Below are positions 17,436 to 26,053 of a stretch of 64,000 nucleotides of DNA, in pieces (positions within the stretch are counted from its first letter, which is position 1; every line of letters begins with the position of its first letter). The DNA comes from an uncultured Taibaiella sp. (GTDB taxonomy: Bacteria; Bacteroidota; Bacteroidia; Chitinophagales; Chitinophagaceae). The notes beneath the pieces were generated by a model that saw only the letters and a list, made by a program, of their open reading frames with translations, ran no database searches and had not been told where the DNA came from. The stretch covers positions 36,346-100,345 of the forward strand of contig CAYUXT010000004.1 in assembly GCA_964448955.1 (NCBI GenBank), given 5' to 3'. Both the position numbers and the translations under genes were made by a program.

Positions 17436-19076
17436 CTATTTTACAACTTCTATTTTTCTTACTATAATACCTTCGTTGGTTAATATGTGCAATTGATACA
17501 TACCATTTGAAAGCATATCAACAGAAATTTGTGTTTTATTGCTGTTAATATTTTCTCTCAAATATACTTTTTGACCTATTATATTATATAAAGCTATTCC
17601 GTTTATTTGAATATTATCAGCTTGGATTACCAACGACTCTTTTGCCGGGTTTGGAATAATTTTAATATCTACATCATTATTAAGGCTTTTTAAGTTTAAT
17701 CCGGAGGCAAAAACATTACCATATCTGTATATAGTATCACACTCATTAGCCAAAGTTGCTTTTACAATGTAAGAGCCATTTTGTGTATAGGTATGTGAAA
17801 TAGGGGCAGAACCTTGTACTAATGGTGAATTATCTCCAAAATTCCATTCATAAAATGTTACATTTTTTAAAGATGAAATATTAAAAGTAAATTCACCCAA
17901 TCCATTGTCAATCATACTTACATAAGGTCCGGCTTCGACGGAGGGGAAATGCATAACTTCAAATGTATCAAAAGCCTGACATCCTAATGGATTATATGCC
18001 CAAACCCAATACGTTCCGGCTGAATAAATAATGTTTACTTGTGCTTGCGTTCCATTGCTCCAAGTGTAGTCTGTATTAGCGTTAAATCCTGCATCTAATA
18101 CTATAGCTTCGTTATCACATATATACATCGTATCATTAAATGCAGTTAAAGTTATTCCCGGTGTATTTGCAGTAACTATAAGAGTAGAAGTATCATTGCC
18201 AAATTCCGTATCTACAACACCATTTGGCAGCGAAGTCCATACTTTAATTTCAGCAGATTGAGGAAATGGTATATTTGCCCAGCCTAAATCTACTATTGTA
18301 AAATCACCAATTACAGGTAATGGTGTATTTACATAAACGGTAGGCTGTGGTGTACCATCGACACTCCAACCCACTCTCACACTATCTATTTGATTACTAC
18401 CAAAATTTTTTACTCTTGCCTTAACAAAATAAGGACCGGAACACTCTACTACATTGGGTAATAATATACTGTCCACACCGGCATTATCTGGTGTTAATGG
18501 ATCTCCAAATGTTACTGAACCTTGAAAAAACCTTGGGTTGAATGACATTATTACTACATCTCCACTCCAACCATCGCTTATCGGATTATCTCCTACATAT
18601 AACGAAACACCATTTTGGGTAAACGAGTTTGGAGCACATCCTGCACCACCATAATCCATATTAGGATCATTTTTAGATAAGGCAAACCTATATGTTGTAC
18701 TCGCTGGTATGGAAAATCCTACACTGGTTAATACCGTAGTAATTCCGGCAGCAGTACTTGTAGCGACCTGAGTTGTAACTACAGTCCACCCATTAGCTAC
18801 AGTTATATTACCAGGATTACCATTTAATGGAGTAGTTTTATACCACAAAGTCCAAGTTTGTGTACTATTTGCAGGCATTATATAGGCTACCTCTTCTATT
18901 TGAATAGGGGAAGGATTACTATTATTAACACCAAATGTAATACAAGCATCTGTTACTGCTAATAATCCTGATTGCACTAATGTAGTGTATGTTGGTGTTA
19001 TAGTAAACATCTGTGCATTACTAACACTACTAAATATGCAACAAAACAAGAAAGTTAATTTGGACAATTTAATCAT
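17436..19076 (-). CDS. secreted protein with PKD domain and T9SS C-terminal sorting domain
   Basis: 546 aa. Signal peptide MIKLSKLTFLFCCIFSSVSNAQ. PKD-like YEWNFGDNSPLVQGSAPISHTYTQNGSYIVKATLANECDT. C-terminus IIPNPAKESLVIQ...YNIIGQKVY...LSNGMYQLHILT is typical of a type A T9SS CTD. Confidence 0.7.
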   Translation of the reverse strand: MIKLSKLTFLFCCIFSSVSNAQMFTITPTYTTLVQSGLLAVTDACITFGVNNSNPSPIQIEEVAYIMPANSTQTWTLWYKTTPLNGNPGNITVANGWTVVTTQVATSTAAGITTVLTSVGFSIPASTTYRFALSKNDPNMDYGGAGCAPNSFTQNGVSLYVGDNPISDGWSGDVVIMSFNPRFFQGSVTFGDPLTPDNAGVDSILLPNVVECSGPYFVKARVKNFGSNQIDSVRVGWSVDGTPQPTVYVNTPLPVIGDFTIVDLGWANIPFPQSAEIKVWTSLPNGVVDTEFGNDTSTLIVTANTPGITLTAFNDTMYICDNEAIVLDAGFNANTDYTWSNGTQAQVNIIYSAGTYWVWAYNPLGCQAFDTFEVMHFPSVEAGPYVSMIDNGLGEFTFNISSLKNVTFYEWNFGDNSPLVQGSAPISHTYTQNGSYIVKATLANECDTIYRYGNVFASGLNLKSLNNDVDIKIIPNPAKESLVIQADNIQINGIALYNIIGQKVYLRENINSNKTQISVDMLSNGMYQLHILTNEGIIVRKIEVVK

Positions 19077-19294
19077 AATGCAAAAAATTTAATTCACAAA
19101 TATAATAATATATTTTTCAAATAAAAAAACAATTAATGCTTTATTGAGTATTTATATGTATAAACTAACTTTTTAAAACATTTAAGGTTAATTTCATAAA
19201 TTCTACTTACTAAAGCACCACTTTAAAATAAGACATAACAAAATAAAAAAAAGTTTGTGCATTAATAAAATTATTATTCATCTTATGGAAATTA

Positions 19295-19348
19295 CTTAGG
19301 GCTTGCTAAAAACACAATTGCAATATTGTGTTTTTAGCAAGCCCTAAG
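19295..19348. terminator. 24-bp perfect palindrome downstream of the E1 gene
   Basis: CTTAGGGCTTGCTAAAAACACAAT-TGCAAT-ATTGTGTTTTTAGCAAGCCCTAAG, 33 nt past the stop at 19381. No U-tract, so it could equally be a REP-like element. Confidence 0.45.
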
Positions 19349-19380
19349 CAATAATTTGTTTAAAACAAATTAATCTCTGA

Positions 19381-21780
19381 CTATTCTCTCACCACTTCAA
19401 ATACTGCATCTGCAATATCTTCTGCATTGGGTTTGGAAAAATAATCGCCATCGGTAGCGTACGCCGGACGATGCGCTTTTGCAGATAGGGTTTTAGGTGT
19501 AGCATCTAACCATTTATACCCTCCTTGTATTTCCATTACTTGCTGATACATATATGCAGTAGCTCCTCCCGGTACATCTTCATCTATGAAAATAATACGA
19601 TTAGTCTTTTCGAGTGATGCTACTATTTTGTGTTCGGTATCGAAAGGTAATAATGTCTGCACATCTATAATCTCACAACTAACTCCCGCAGGTGCTAAAT
19701 ATAAATCTACTGCTTCTTGAATTACGCGTAATGTAGAGCCATAAGAAACAATAGTTATATCATCTCCTTTTTGTATAATTTCCGGTATGCCAAAGGGCAC
19801 AGTAAATGTGGCAAGATTGTCAGGCATTTTTTCTTTAAGTCGGTATCCGTTAAGACATTCTATAACCAATCCCGGTTCATCGCTATGCAATAGTGTATTG
19901 TACATTCCGGCTGCTTGCACCATATTCCGTGGCACACATACATTAATTCCTCTTAAAGCATTTATAATTACTCCCATCGGCGAACCACTATGCCAAATGC
20001 CTTCTAATCTGTGTCCGCGTGTACGAATAATTAATGGACATTTTTGTCCTCCTTTGGTACGATAAGTAAGTGTTGCCACATCATCGCTCAAGGTTTGTAA
20101 TCCGTATAATAAATAGTCTAAATATTGTATTTCGGCAATGGGGCGCAATCCACGCAAAGCCATACCTATAGCTTGTCCTACAATGGTAGCTTCTCTTATT
20201 CCGGTATCCGAAATTCTAATCTCACCGTATTTTTCTTGTAAGCCGGCAAACGCCTGATTTACATCTCCTATTTTGCCTACATCTTCTCCAAATGCAAAAA
20301 CTGCAGGATTGTTGCCAAATGTTTGGTCAAAAAATTTATTTAAAATCTCAAAACCATTTATTACGGGGCTATTATCAGAATAAACAGGATTAATAACCGG
20401 AGCGTTTTTCACAGATTTTTCGGACTGTGAATGTAAGTGTGAGTTAAACTTATCTTCCGCTTCTGATTTAAGTTTATTGTAATAGTTCTGTACTGCTCGT
20501 GCTGCTACGCTATTGCCTCCGGCAAGCGATACTATGCGTTTTGCTGTACGCAATACATCTTTTCTAATTGGCTCTTTAATGCCATTTAATTCTTGTAGCA
20601 TAGAAGCTATTAAAGTTGCATTGTCGCCTCCTTCAAACACAACCTGATTAGCTATTGTGGTAAGTTGTTGGATTTGGTCTTTTATAGGATTTAAGAAATT
20701 ATTCCAAGCTGCTTGTTTGGCTTCTCGTGCTGCTTGTTTTGCGCTTTCTTCTATTGCATTTAGTTCTTCTTCGTTAGCCACAGCATTTTCTAATAAAAAC
20801 TCTTTTAGCTTTTTTACGCAATCCCATTCTTTTTCCCACTCTAATCTTTCTTTGCTTTTATATCTTTCGTGAGAGCCGGAAGTAGAGTGCCCTTGCGGTT
20901 GTGTTACGTCTTGTACGTGAAAAAGTACAGGTATATGTTCTTTTCTGGCTAATGCCACACCTTCTTGAAAAGTAGCTACCAATGAGGCATAATCCCAACC
21001 TTTTACTTTAAAAATACGCATCCCACCTACTTTTTCATCATACTGAAAACCTGCAAGTGCTTCTGAAATAGAATTTTTGGTAGTTTGGTATGCACGTGGT
21101 ACAGAGATACCATAACCATCGTCCCAAACGCAAACCACCAATGGTACTTTAAGCACACTCGCCGCATTGAGCGTTTCCCAAAAATGCCCTTCGGAAGTAG
21201 AGGCATCGCCTATGGTACAAAAACTAACTTCGTTACCATTATTAGTAAATGTCTCAAATCCTGATTTTAAGCTATCTGCATTTCTGTATAGCTTTGAGGC
21301 AAATGCCAAACCTAAGGCTCTTACCATTTGACCCGCAGTAGGAGAAATATCGGAAGAAGAATTAGGTTGCTGCATTAGGTCTTTCCAATTGCCGTTTGCA
21401 TCGAGCCAACGGGAGCTATAATGCCCATTCATCATTCTGCCGGCAGATGATGGCTCTTGGTCGGGGTCGGGATTAGCGTATAATTGTGCAAAGAATTTTT
21501 CTACATCGCTCATTCCTGTTGCAAACATTAAAGTTTGATCTCTATAATAACCTGAGCGTATATCGCCGGGCTGAAAACATTTTGCTAAAGCTATCTGTGC
21601 CAATTCTTTACCATCACCGAAAATGCCAAATTTTGCTTTTCCGGTAAGCACTTCTTTTCTACCAATCAGACTTGCCTCTCTGCTGACTACTGCTAATTCG
21701 TAATCTTTTAAAGCTTCTGCTTTAAATTCTTCAAAGGATAATTTCGTGTCTTTAGTTTTTGTACCGTTTTTTCCTGCCAT
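19381..21780 (-). CDS. 2-oxoacid (branched-chain type) dehydrogenase E1 component, fused alpha/beta subunits
   Basis: 799 aa. The N-terminal half has a TPP-binding alpha-subunit pattern (IGDASTSEGHFWETLN). The C-terminal half is transketolase-like beta (ISDTGIREATIVGQAIGMA). This fusion is common in Bacteroidota. Confidence 0.8.
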   Translation of the reverse strand: MAGKNGTKTKDTKLSFEEFKAEALKDYELAVVSREASLIGRKEVLTGKAKFGIFGDGKELAQIALAKCFQPGDIRSGYYRDQTLMFATGMSDVEKFFAQLYANPDPDQEPSSAGRMMNGHYSSRWLDANGNWKDLMQQPNSSSDISPTAGQMVRALGLAFASKLYRNADSLKSGFETFTNNGNEVSFCTIGDASTSEGHFWETLNAASVLKVPLVVCVWDDGYGISVPRAYQTTKNSISEALAGFQYDEKVGGMRIFKVKGWDYASLVATFQEGVALARKEHIPVLFHVQDVTQPQGHSTSGSHERYKSKERLEWEKEWDCVKKLKEFLLENAVANEEELNAIEESAKQAAREAKQAAWNNFLNPIKDQIQQLTTIANQVVFEGGDNATLIASMLQELNGIKEPIRKDVLRTAKRIVSLAGGNSVAARAVQNYYNKLKSEAEDKFNSHLHSQSEKSVKNAPVINPVYSDNSPVINGFEILNKFFDQTFGNNPAVFAFGEDVGKIGDVNQAFAGLQEKYGEIRISDTGIREATIVGQAIGMALRGLRPIAEIQYLDYLLYGLQTLSDDVATLTYRTKGGQKCPLIIRTRGHRLEGIWHSGSPMGVIINALRGINVCVPRNMVQAAGMYNTLLHSDEPGLVIECLNGYRLKEKMPDNLATFTVPFGIPEIIQKGDDITIVSYGSTLRVIQEAVDLYLAPAGVSCEIIDVQTLLPFDTEHKIVASLEKTNRIIFIDEDVPGGATAYMYQQVMEIQGGYKWLDATPKTLSAKAHRPAYATDGDYFSKPNAEDIADAVFEVVRE

Positions 21781-21798
21781 AAATTGTGTGATTTGCTA

Positions 21799-21806
21799 CA
21801 AAGATA
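21799..21806 (-). promoter_or_regulatory. candidate Bacteroidota -7 box (TATCTTTG) for the E1 gene
   Basis: The revcomp of CAAAGATA matches TAnnTTTG, 19 nt upstream of the ATG. Confidence 0.3.
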
Positions 21807-22053
21807 ATTTATAATTGGCAATTCCATAATTCGATAATTTTGTAATGCAACAATTTGACTTGTGCTTGCCTAAAATAGGCTGACACATTTTGTATATTCT
21901 CAAAATATTCTTTTACTATTTACTTCTTTGATACCTCCGAAAATATTCTTCGCTCTCGGATTGCTAAATTTTCTTAATTTTAACCGTAATAAATAACCAT
22001 TTTTGTCAACTTATTTTAGGCATAGACAAATTTTGAATTTTTACTTTTTAATA

Positions 22054-22815
22054 ATGAATATCGTTTTTATTGGTTCCGGAAATGTTGCTACATATTATGC
22101 TGTGGCTTTACATAAAAAGCAACATAATATTTTACAAATCTATAGCCCTACAATAGCAAATGCACAATTATTAGCCGATAAGGTTAATGCTGCTGCTACA
22201 AATAATATTAACAATATAGTACCTAATGCCGATGCATATTTCATAGCAGTTAAAGATGATGTGTTACAAAATATTTCATTACCCGATAATCTGCAAAATG
22301 CAGTATTGATACATTGTTCCGGAACTTCTTCTGTTCAATCTTTGCAAAAATCTTCGCAACATTTGGGTGTAATTTGGACTCTATATTCTATTAAAAAAGA
22401 AAACGCAACGCAACTAAACAATATTCCACTTATTACGGACAACACTACAGATATTGCGCAAAAAACTATCGCTCAATTAACCAAAGACATTTCGGAGTAC
22501 CCTGCAATGCAACTCAGTGATGAAAAAAGAAAAATAATGCACCTCAATGCAGTTTTGGTCAATAATTTTACCAATCATTTATTAGATATAGCAGCAAAAA
22601 TATCGGAAGAAAACCAATTGCCTTTCGAGATGCTCTACCCTATTATCGAACAAACTTTTACACAAATAAAAGACCAATCACCCGCAAAATTACAAACCGG
22701 TCCGGCTATACGCGGCGATAATACAACCATTCAAGAACATTTAGAATTTTTAAAATCTAATAAAGAATGGCAAGAAGTATATAGTGCTATTACGGAATCG
22801 ATAAGGAAAGGGTAA
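22054..22815 (+). CDS. Rossmann-fold oxidoreductase-like protein with DUF2520-type C-terminus
   Basis: Track ORF from 22003; the likely ATG at 22054 gives MNIVFIGSGNVATYYAVAL (GxGxxA dinucleotide fold). The C-terminal TGPAIRGD motif is typical of DUF2520. Confidence 0.55.
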   Translation: MNIVFIGSGNVATYYAVALHKKQHNILQIYSPTIANAQLLADKVNAAATNNINNIVPNADAYFIAVKDDVLQNISLPDNLQNAVLIHCSGTSSVQSLQKSSQHLGVIWTLYSIKKENATQLNNIPLITDNTTDIAQKTIAQLTKDISEYPAMQLSDEKRKIMHLNAVLVNNFTNHLLDIAAKISEENQLPFEMLYPIIEQTFTQIKDQSPAKLQTGPAIRGDNTTIQEHLEFLKSNKEWQEVYSAITESIRKG

Positions 22816-22818
22816 GAA

Positions 22819-23784
22819 TTATTCAAGGACTTTAAAAACTATCAAATCTTTAGTATAGAAAACGATTTTCAATTTAGCTTTTTCAAATACCAGTTCTTTG
22901 TCATCTGTTAATTGCCATTTACCTAATTGAACTATTTTTCCACTATGTGCAGCTATATTTCTTCTTGTTACAGTACCATTATCAAGAAATTCCAAAGTAC
23001 TATAAAATTTCCAATTAGGATATTTACGCATACTTGCTCTATCGCTAACTGCTATATTTACATTTTCTATTCCTATTTTACTATTTAATAAATACCATAA
23101 TCCATTTAATGCTGCTTTTATACTTTCAATACTATCCGAAAGGTCAAACAAAGTGCTGCCAATAAGTTGATTGTTATTATAAATGCGTTCTTCGTAAATA
23201 AAATCCAATCCAATTTCTTCATTTATTCTTAACCACTTAGCCGACTTATTACCCAAATCGTAATTGCCTACCCAATATTGCTTTTCTTTAATTTTATATT
23301 TCCACGTTTCTACTGGAAGTAAAGAGTAGATAGTGTCATAAATTACAATTTCATTTTCTTCAAGAGTTTCGGGGTCAATAGCATAAGTTTTTATTGGTTT
23401 TGTTTGAAACTTAGACTTATCGTAAGTTAGTTTTCCTTCGTTTAAAATTGCACTTGTAGTAACATCTATTTCTTTATAGTGATAATTAGAATTAAAATAA
23501 ACAGTGATAAATGCTTGTCTATCTTCACTTAAATTATAGCGATAGGTGGCAATTATATGTTCTTTTGCAATAGTATCACCACTACATATTCGATATTTTG
23601 TTTCAGACATTGAGTCAATAAAATCTCCCATTAAGGTATCAATAGTTATAAAATCCTTTGAATGCAACTTAATATCAGAGCTAAACTCCTGTCCCATACA
23701 TTGGTTATTATTTATCATAAAACCAAACACGAACAAAATTGCAATGTTTTTATATTGAAATGTTTTGCTTATCAAGATTAACAA
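22819..23784 (-). CDS. hypothetical secreted protein
   Basis: 321-aa track ORF with a hydrophobic N-terminus. No motif recognised. Confidence 0.45.
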   Translation of the reverse strand: MLILISKTFQYKNIAILFVFGFMINNNQCMGQEFSSDIKLHSKDFITIDTLMGDFIDSMSETKYRICSGDTIAKEHIIATYRYNLSEDRQAFITVYFNSNYHYKEIDVTTSAILNEGKLTYDKSKFQTKPIKTYAIDPETLEENEIVIYDTIYSLLPVETWKYKIKEKQYWVGNYDLGNKSAKWLRINEEIGLDFIYEERIYNNNQLIGSTLFDLSDSIESIKAALNGLWYLLNSKIGIENVNIAVSDRASMRKYPNWKFYSTLEFLDNGTVTRRNIAAHSGKIVQLGKWQLTDDKELVFEKAKLKIVFYTKDLIVFKVLE

Positions 23785-23950
23785 TTATAGTATTATGAGA
23801 TTTACAGAGATAACGCAAATATAATAAACTTATTCCCCCTAACTAATTTTCCATTTTATTTAGAATATTCAAAACGAAAAACTATATTTACACTTAAACT
23901 ACTTTTGTAGAAATAAAACCAATAAATGTTGATTAATAAAACTATCTATT

Positions 23951-24796
23951 ATGTACACGCTTATAGCCGATAGCGGCTCTACTAAAACAGACTGGTGCAT
24001 ACTTACGGGAAATAAATTATCTCCAATTCTCAAAACCGCAGGTATGAACCCTTTTATTTGTACAGAAGAAGATTGTTACAACATTTTAAACAGCGAAAAA
24101 AAACTCACTACAATAGCAGGGCAAGTCGATAAAGTGCTTTTTTATGGAGCAGGTCAAAAAGGAATTGCCAATAAAAAATTAATTGAAAAAGTTCTTAAAA
24201 ATCATTTTAAAACTAAAAGTACCGAAGTACACTCTGATATGCTCGGCGCAGCAATAGCTCTCTGTGGCAACGAAAAAGGCGTATGCTGCATTTTAGGGAC
24301 AGGCAGTAACTCCGGATTTTATAATGGTAAAAAAATTACCGTACAAACTCCATCGCTTGGTTATATTGCCGGAGATGAAGGCAGCGGAGCTTTTCTCGGA
24401 AAAAAAGTATTGCAATACTATTTTTATAACACTTTCGACGACGAATTAGCCGAAGCGTTCTTAGATAAATACAAAGCCAACCTCGACGAAGTTTTAGACA
24501 ATATTTACAACAAACCTTTTGGTAATAGATATTTAGCCTCGTTCGCTTTGTTCCTTTCCGAACACAGAGGGCATTATATGGTAGAAAACATTTTGGAAGA
24601 TTCTTTTTTGGAATTTCATCAAAAGCATGTGCTTAAATACAGAGAAAGTTGGAAATACCCCATACACTTTGTAGGCAGTATCGCTTATGCGTTTAAAGAT
24701 GTTATCCAACACGTCCATAGTTTATACGGCTTAGAAACCGGAAAAATAATAAAATCGCCTATTAAAGATTTGGCAACTTTTTTTGCTGAAAATTAG
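23951..24796 (+). CDS. BadF/BadG/BcrA/BcrD-type ATPase (N-acetylglucosamine kinase-like)
   Basis: 281 aa. MYTLIADSGSTKTDWC phosphate-1 motif, CILGTGSNS and GYIAGDEGSGAFLG. Confidence 0.65.
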   Translation: MYTLIADSGSTKTDWCILTGNKLSPILKTAGMNPFICTEEDCYNILNSEKKLTTIAGQVDKVLFYGAGQKGIANKKLIEKVLKNHFKTKSTEVHSDMLGAAIALCGNEKGVCCILGTGSNSGFYNGKKITVQTPSLGYIAGDEGSGAFLGKKVLQYYFYNTFDDELAEAFLDKYKANLDEVLDNIYNKPFGNRYLASFALFLSEHRGHYMVENILEDSFLEFHQKHVLKYRESWKYPIHFVGSIAYAFKDVIQHVHSLYGLETGKIIKSPIKDLATFFAEN

Positions 24797-24848
24797 TAGT
24801 ACTCAATAAAGCCGAGTATATATACCATTATGTTTTTGGTATGAGCGC

Positions 24849-25184
24849 TTAATACATCAAATGCTTTTTGGAAGCGTTACGCCACCCTGCTTGGCTCTCG
24901 TATTTTACAAAATAGATTTTTACATCTGCTTGGCTTTCGTATTCTACAAAAAATATTTTCTTTTCTGCTTGGCTGGCATAATTTGTAAAAAACCATTTAC
25001 CATCGTTTTTACCGGCTTGGCTTTCATAATTTACTTTATACACTTTTAAGTCGGCTTGGCTTTCGTAATCTACCACATATACTTTTACATCTGCCTGACT
25101 TTGGTAATCGACAGAAAAAACTTTTTGGGCAAAAAGAAAACCAGATAAGCAACACGCTATTGCTGTAAGAATAAATTTAATCAT
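24849..25184 (-). CDS. secreted protein built from six ~13-aa [FV]x[DNEK]Y[EQA]SQA[DGE] repeats
   Basis: 111 aa. Signal peptide followed by VDYQSQADVKVY, VDYESQADLKVY, VNYESQAGKNDGKWF, TNYASQAEKKIF, VEYESQADVKIY, VKYESQAGW. The DNA shows the matching ~39-nt periodicity (GCTTGGCTTTCGTA units). Confidence 0.55.
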   Translation of the reverse strand: MIKFILTAIACCLSGFLFAQKVFSVDYQSQADVKVYVVDYESQADLKVYKVNYESQAGKNDGKWFFTNYASQAEKKIFFVEYESQADVKIYFVKYESQAGWRNASKKHLMY

Positions 25185-25230
25185 AGCTCTAAGACAATAA
25201 GCATTGTAATAAGTTTAACCATTTCTACAT

Positions 25231-25346
25231 TAGACCTCTACCATAATTCCTTTTTCTTATTACCTCTCCTTTATTTTTCCTCTCCATATTTCGACTTCGC
25301 TCAAATAACCCAAAGAGAGGAAATGGATAGTTATGTTAGAGGTCTA
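25231..25346. repeat. nested long hairpin immediately 3' of the FAH-family gene
   Basis: Outer arms: TAGACCTCTAccATAA (25231-25246) pairs with TTATgtTAGAGGTCTA (25331-25346). Inner arms: TTTCCTCTC (25276-25284) pairs with GAGAGGAAA (25315-25323). Confidence 0.45.
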
Positions 25347-25961
25347 TTATCTTAAATACAAATCCAAAAGTAGTTCGTTGTTAAGATAGCCCTCTAATTT
25401 ATTGCCCGGATATATTGTATCGCCATACGGAATGGGAGTGCCTGTAAATATTAAATCTCCTATTTGTAATGTAAAATACTCAGAAATGTAAGCGATTAAA
25501 TTTTCAAATTTTAAAATCAAATTTGAGGTGTTGCCTTCTTGTACTTTATCGCCATTACAAAACATAGAAAATGAAGCATCTTTTGTTTGGCTATATTTCT
25601 CTAAAGGTCTAAAATCTCCTACAGCAGATGAGTTGTCAAATGCTCTTGCAAGCTCCCAGGGCAAGCCTTTGGATTGTAATGTAGCAAACAAATTGGCATC
25701 TGTAAAATTAACGCCTACAGTCCATTGGTCTATAAACTGAAAGGCATTGCGAGGTCTAATACGCTTGCCATTCTTGCTCACTCGTAATACTATTTCGGTA
25801 TTATATCGAAGTTCTTCTATTGTTTCCGGATAAGGCATTGTAACGCCTTTTCGGATTAATGCTGTACTCGGTTTGTGGTATATGATTGGTACTTTTGCTG
25901 TCGGTATGTCCGGAGTAATTTCATCATTAAAATAATTTTTCTCTACACAAATAATTTTCAT
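25347..25961 (-). CDS. fumarylacetoacetate hydrolase (FAH) family protein
   Basis: 204 aa. IICVEKNY, YNTEIVLRV and the C-terminal GDLIFTGTPIPYG are typical of small FAH-family hydratases/isomerases. Confidence 0.7.
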   Translation of the reverse strand: MKIICVEKNYFNDEITPDIPTAKVPIIYHKPSTALIRKGVTMPYPETIEELRYNTEIVLRVSKNGKRIRPRNAFQFIDQWTVGVNFTDANLFATLQSKGLPWELARAFDNSSAVGDFRPLEKYSQTKDASFSMFCNGDKVQEGNTSNLILKFENLIAYISEYFTLQIGDLIFTGTPIPYGDTIYPGNKLEGYLNNELLLDLYLR

Positions 25962-26053
25962 TTTCTATTACATCTTTTTATTCATTAATTGTCAATCTGT
26001 TGGTTATAATTACTTACAAATTTACATCTTATTCTTTAAAATTAACACTTAGA

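Noticed and set aside
19333-19346. The 14-mer TTTAGCAAGCCCTA is shared between the 19.3-kb palindrome and 53991-54004, which could suggest a dispersed REP family.
   Set aside because: A single 14-nt coincidence is expected many times by chance among all position pairs in 64 kb of AT-biased DNA. The flanks do not align.
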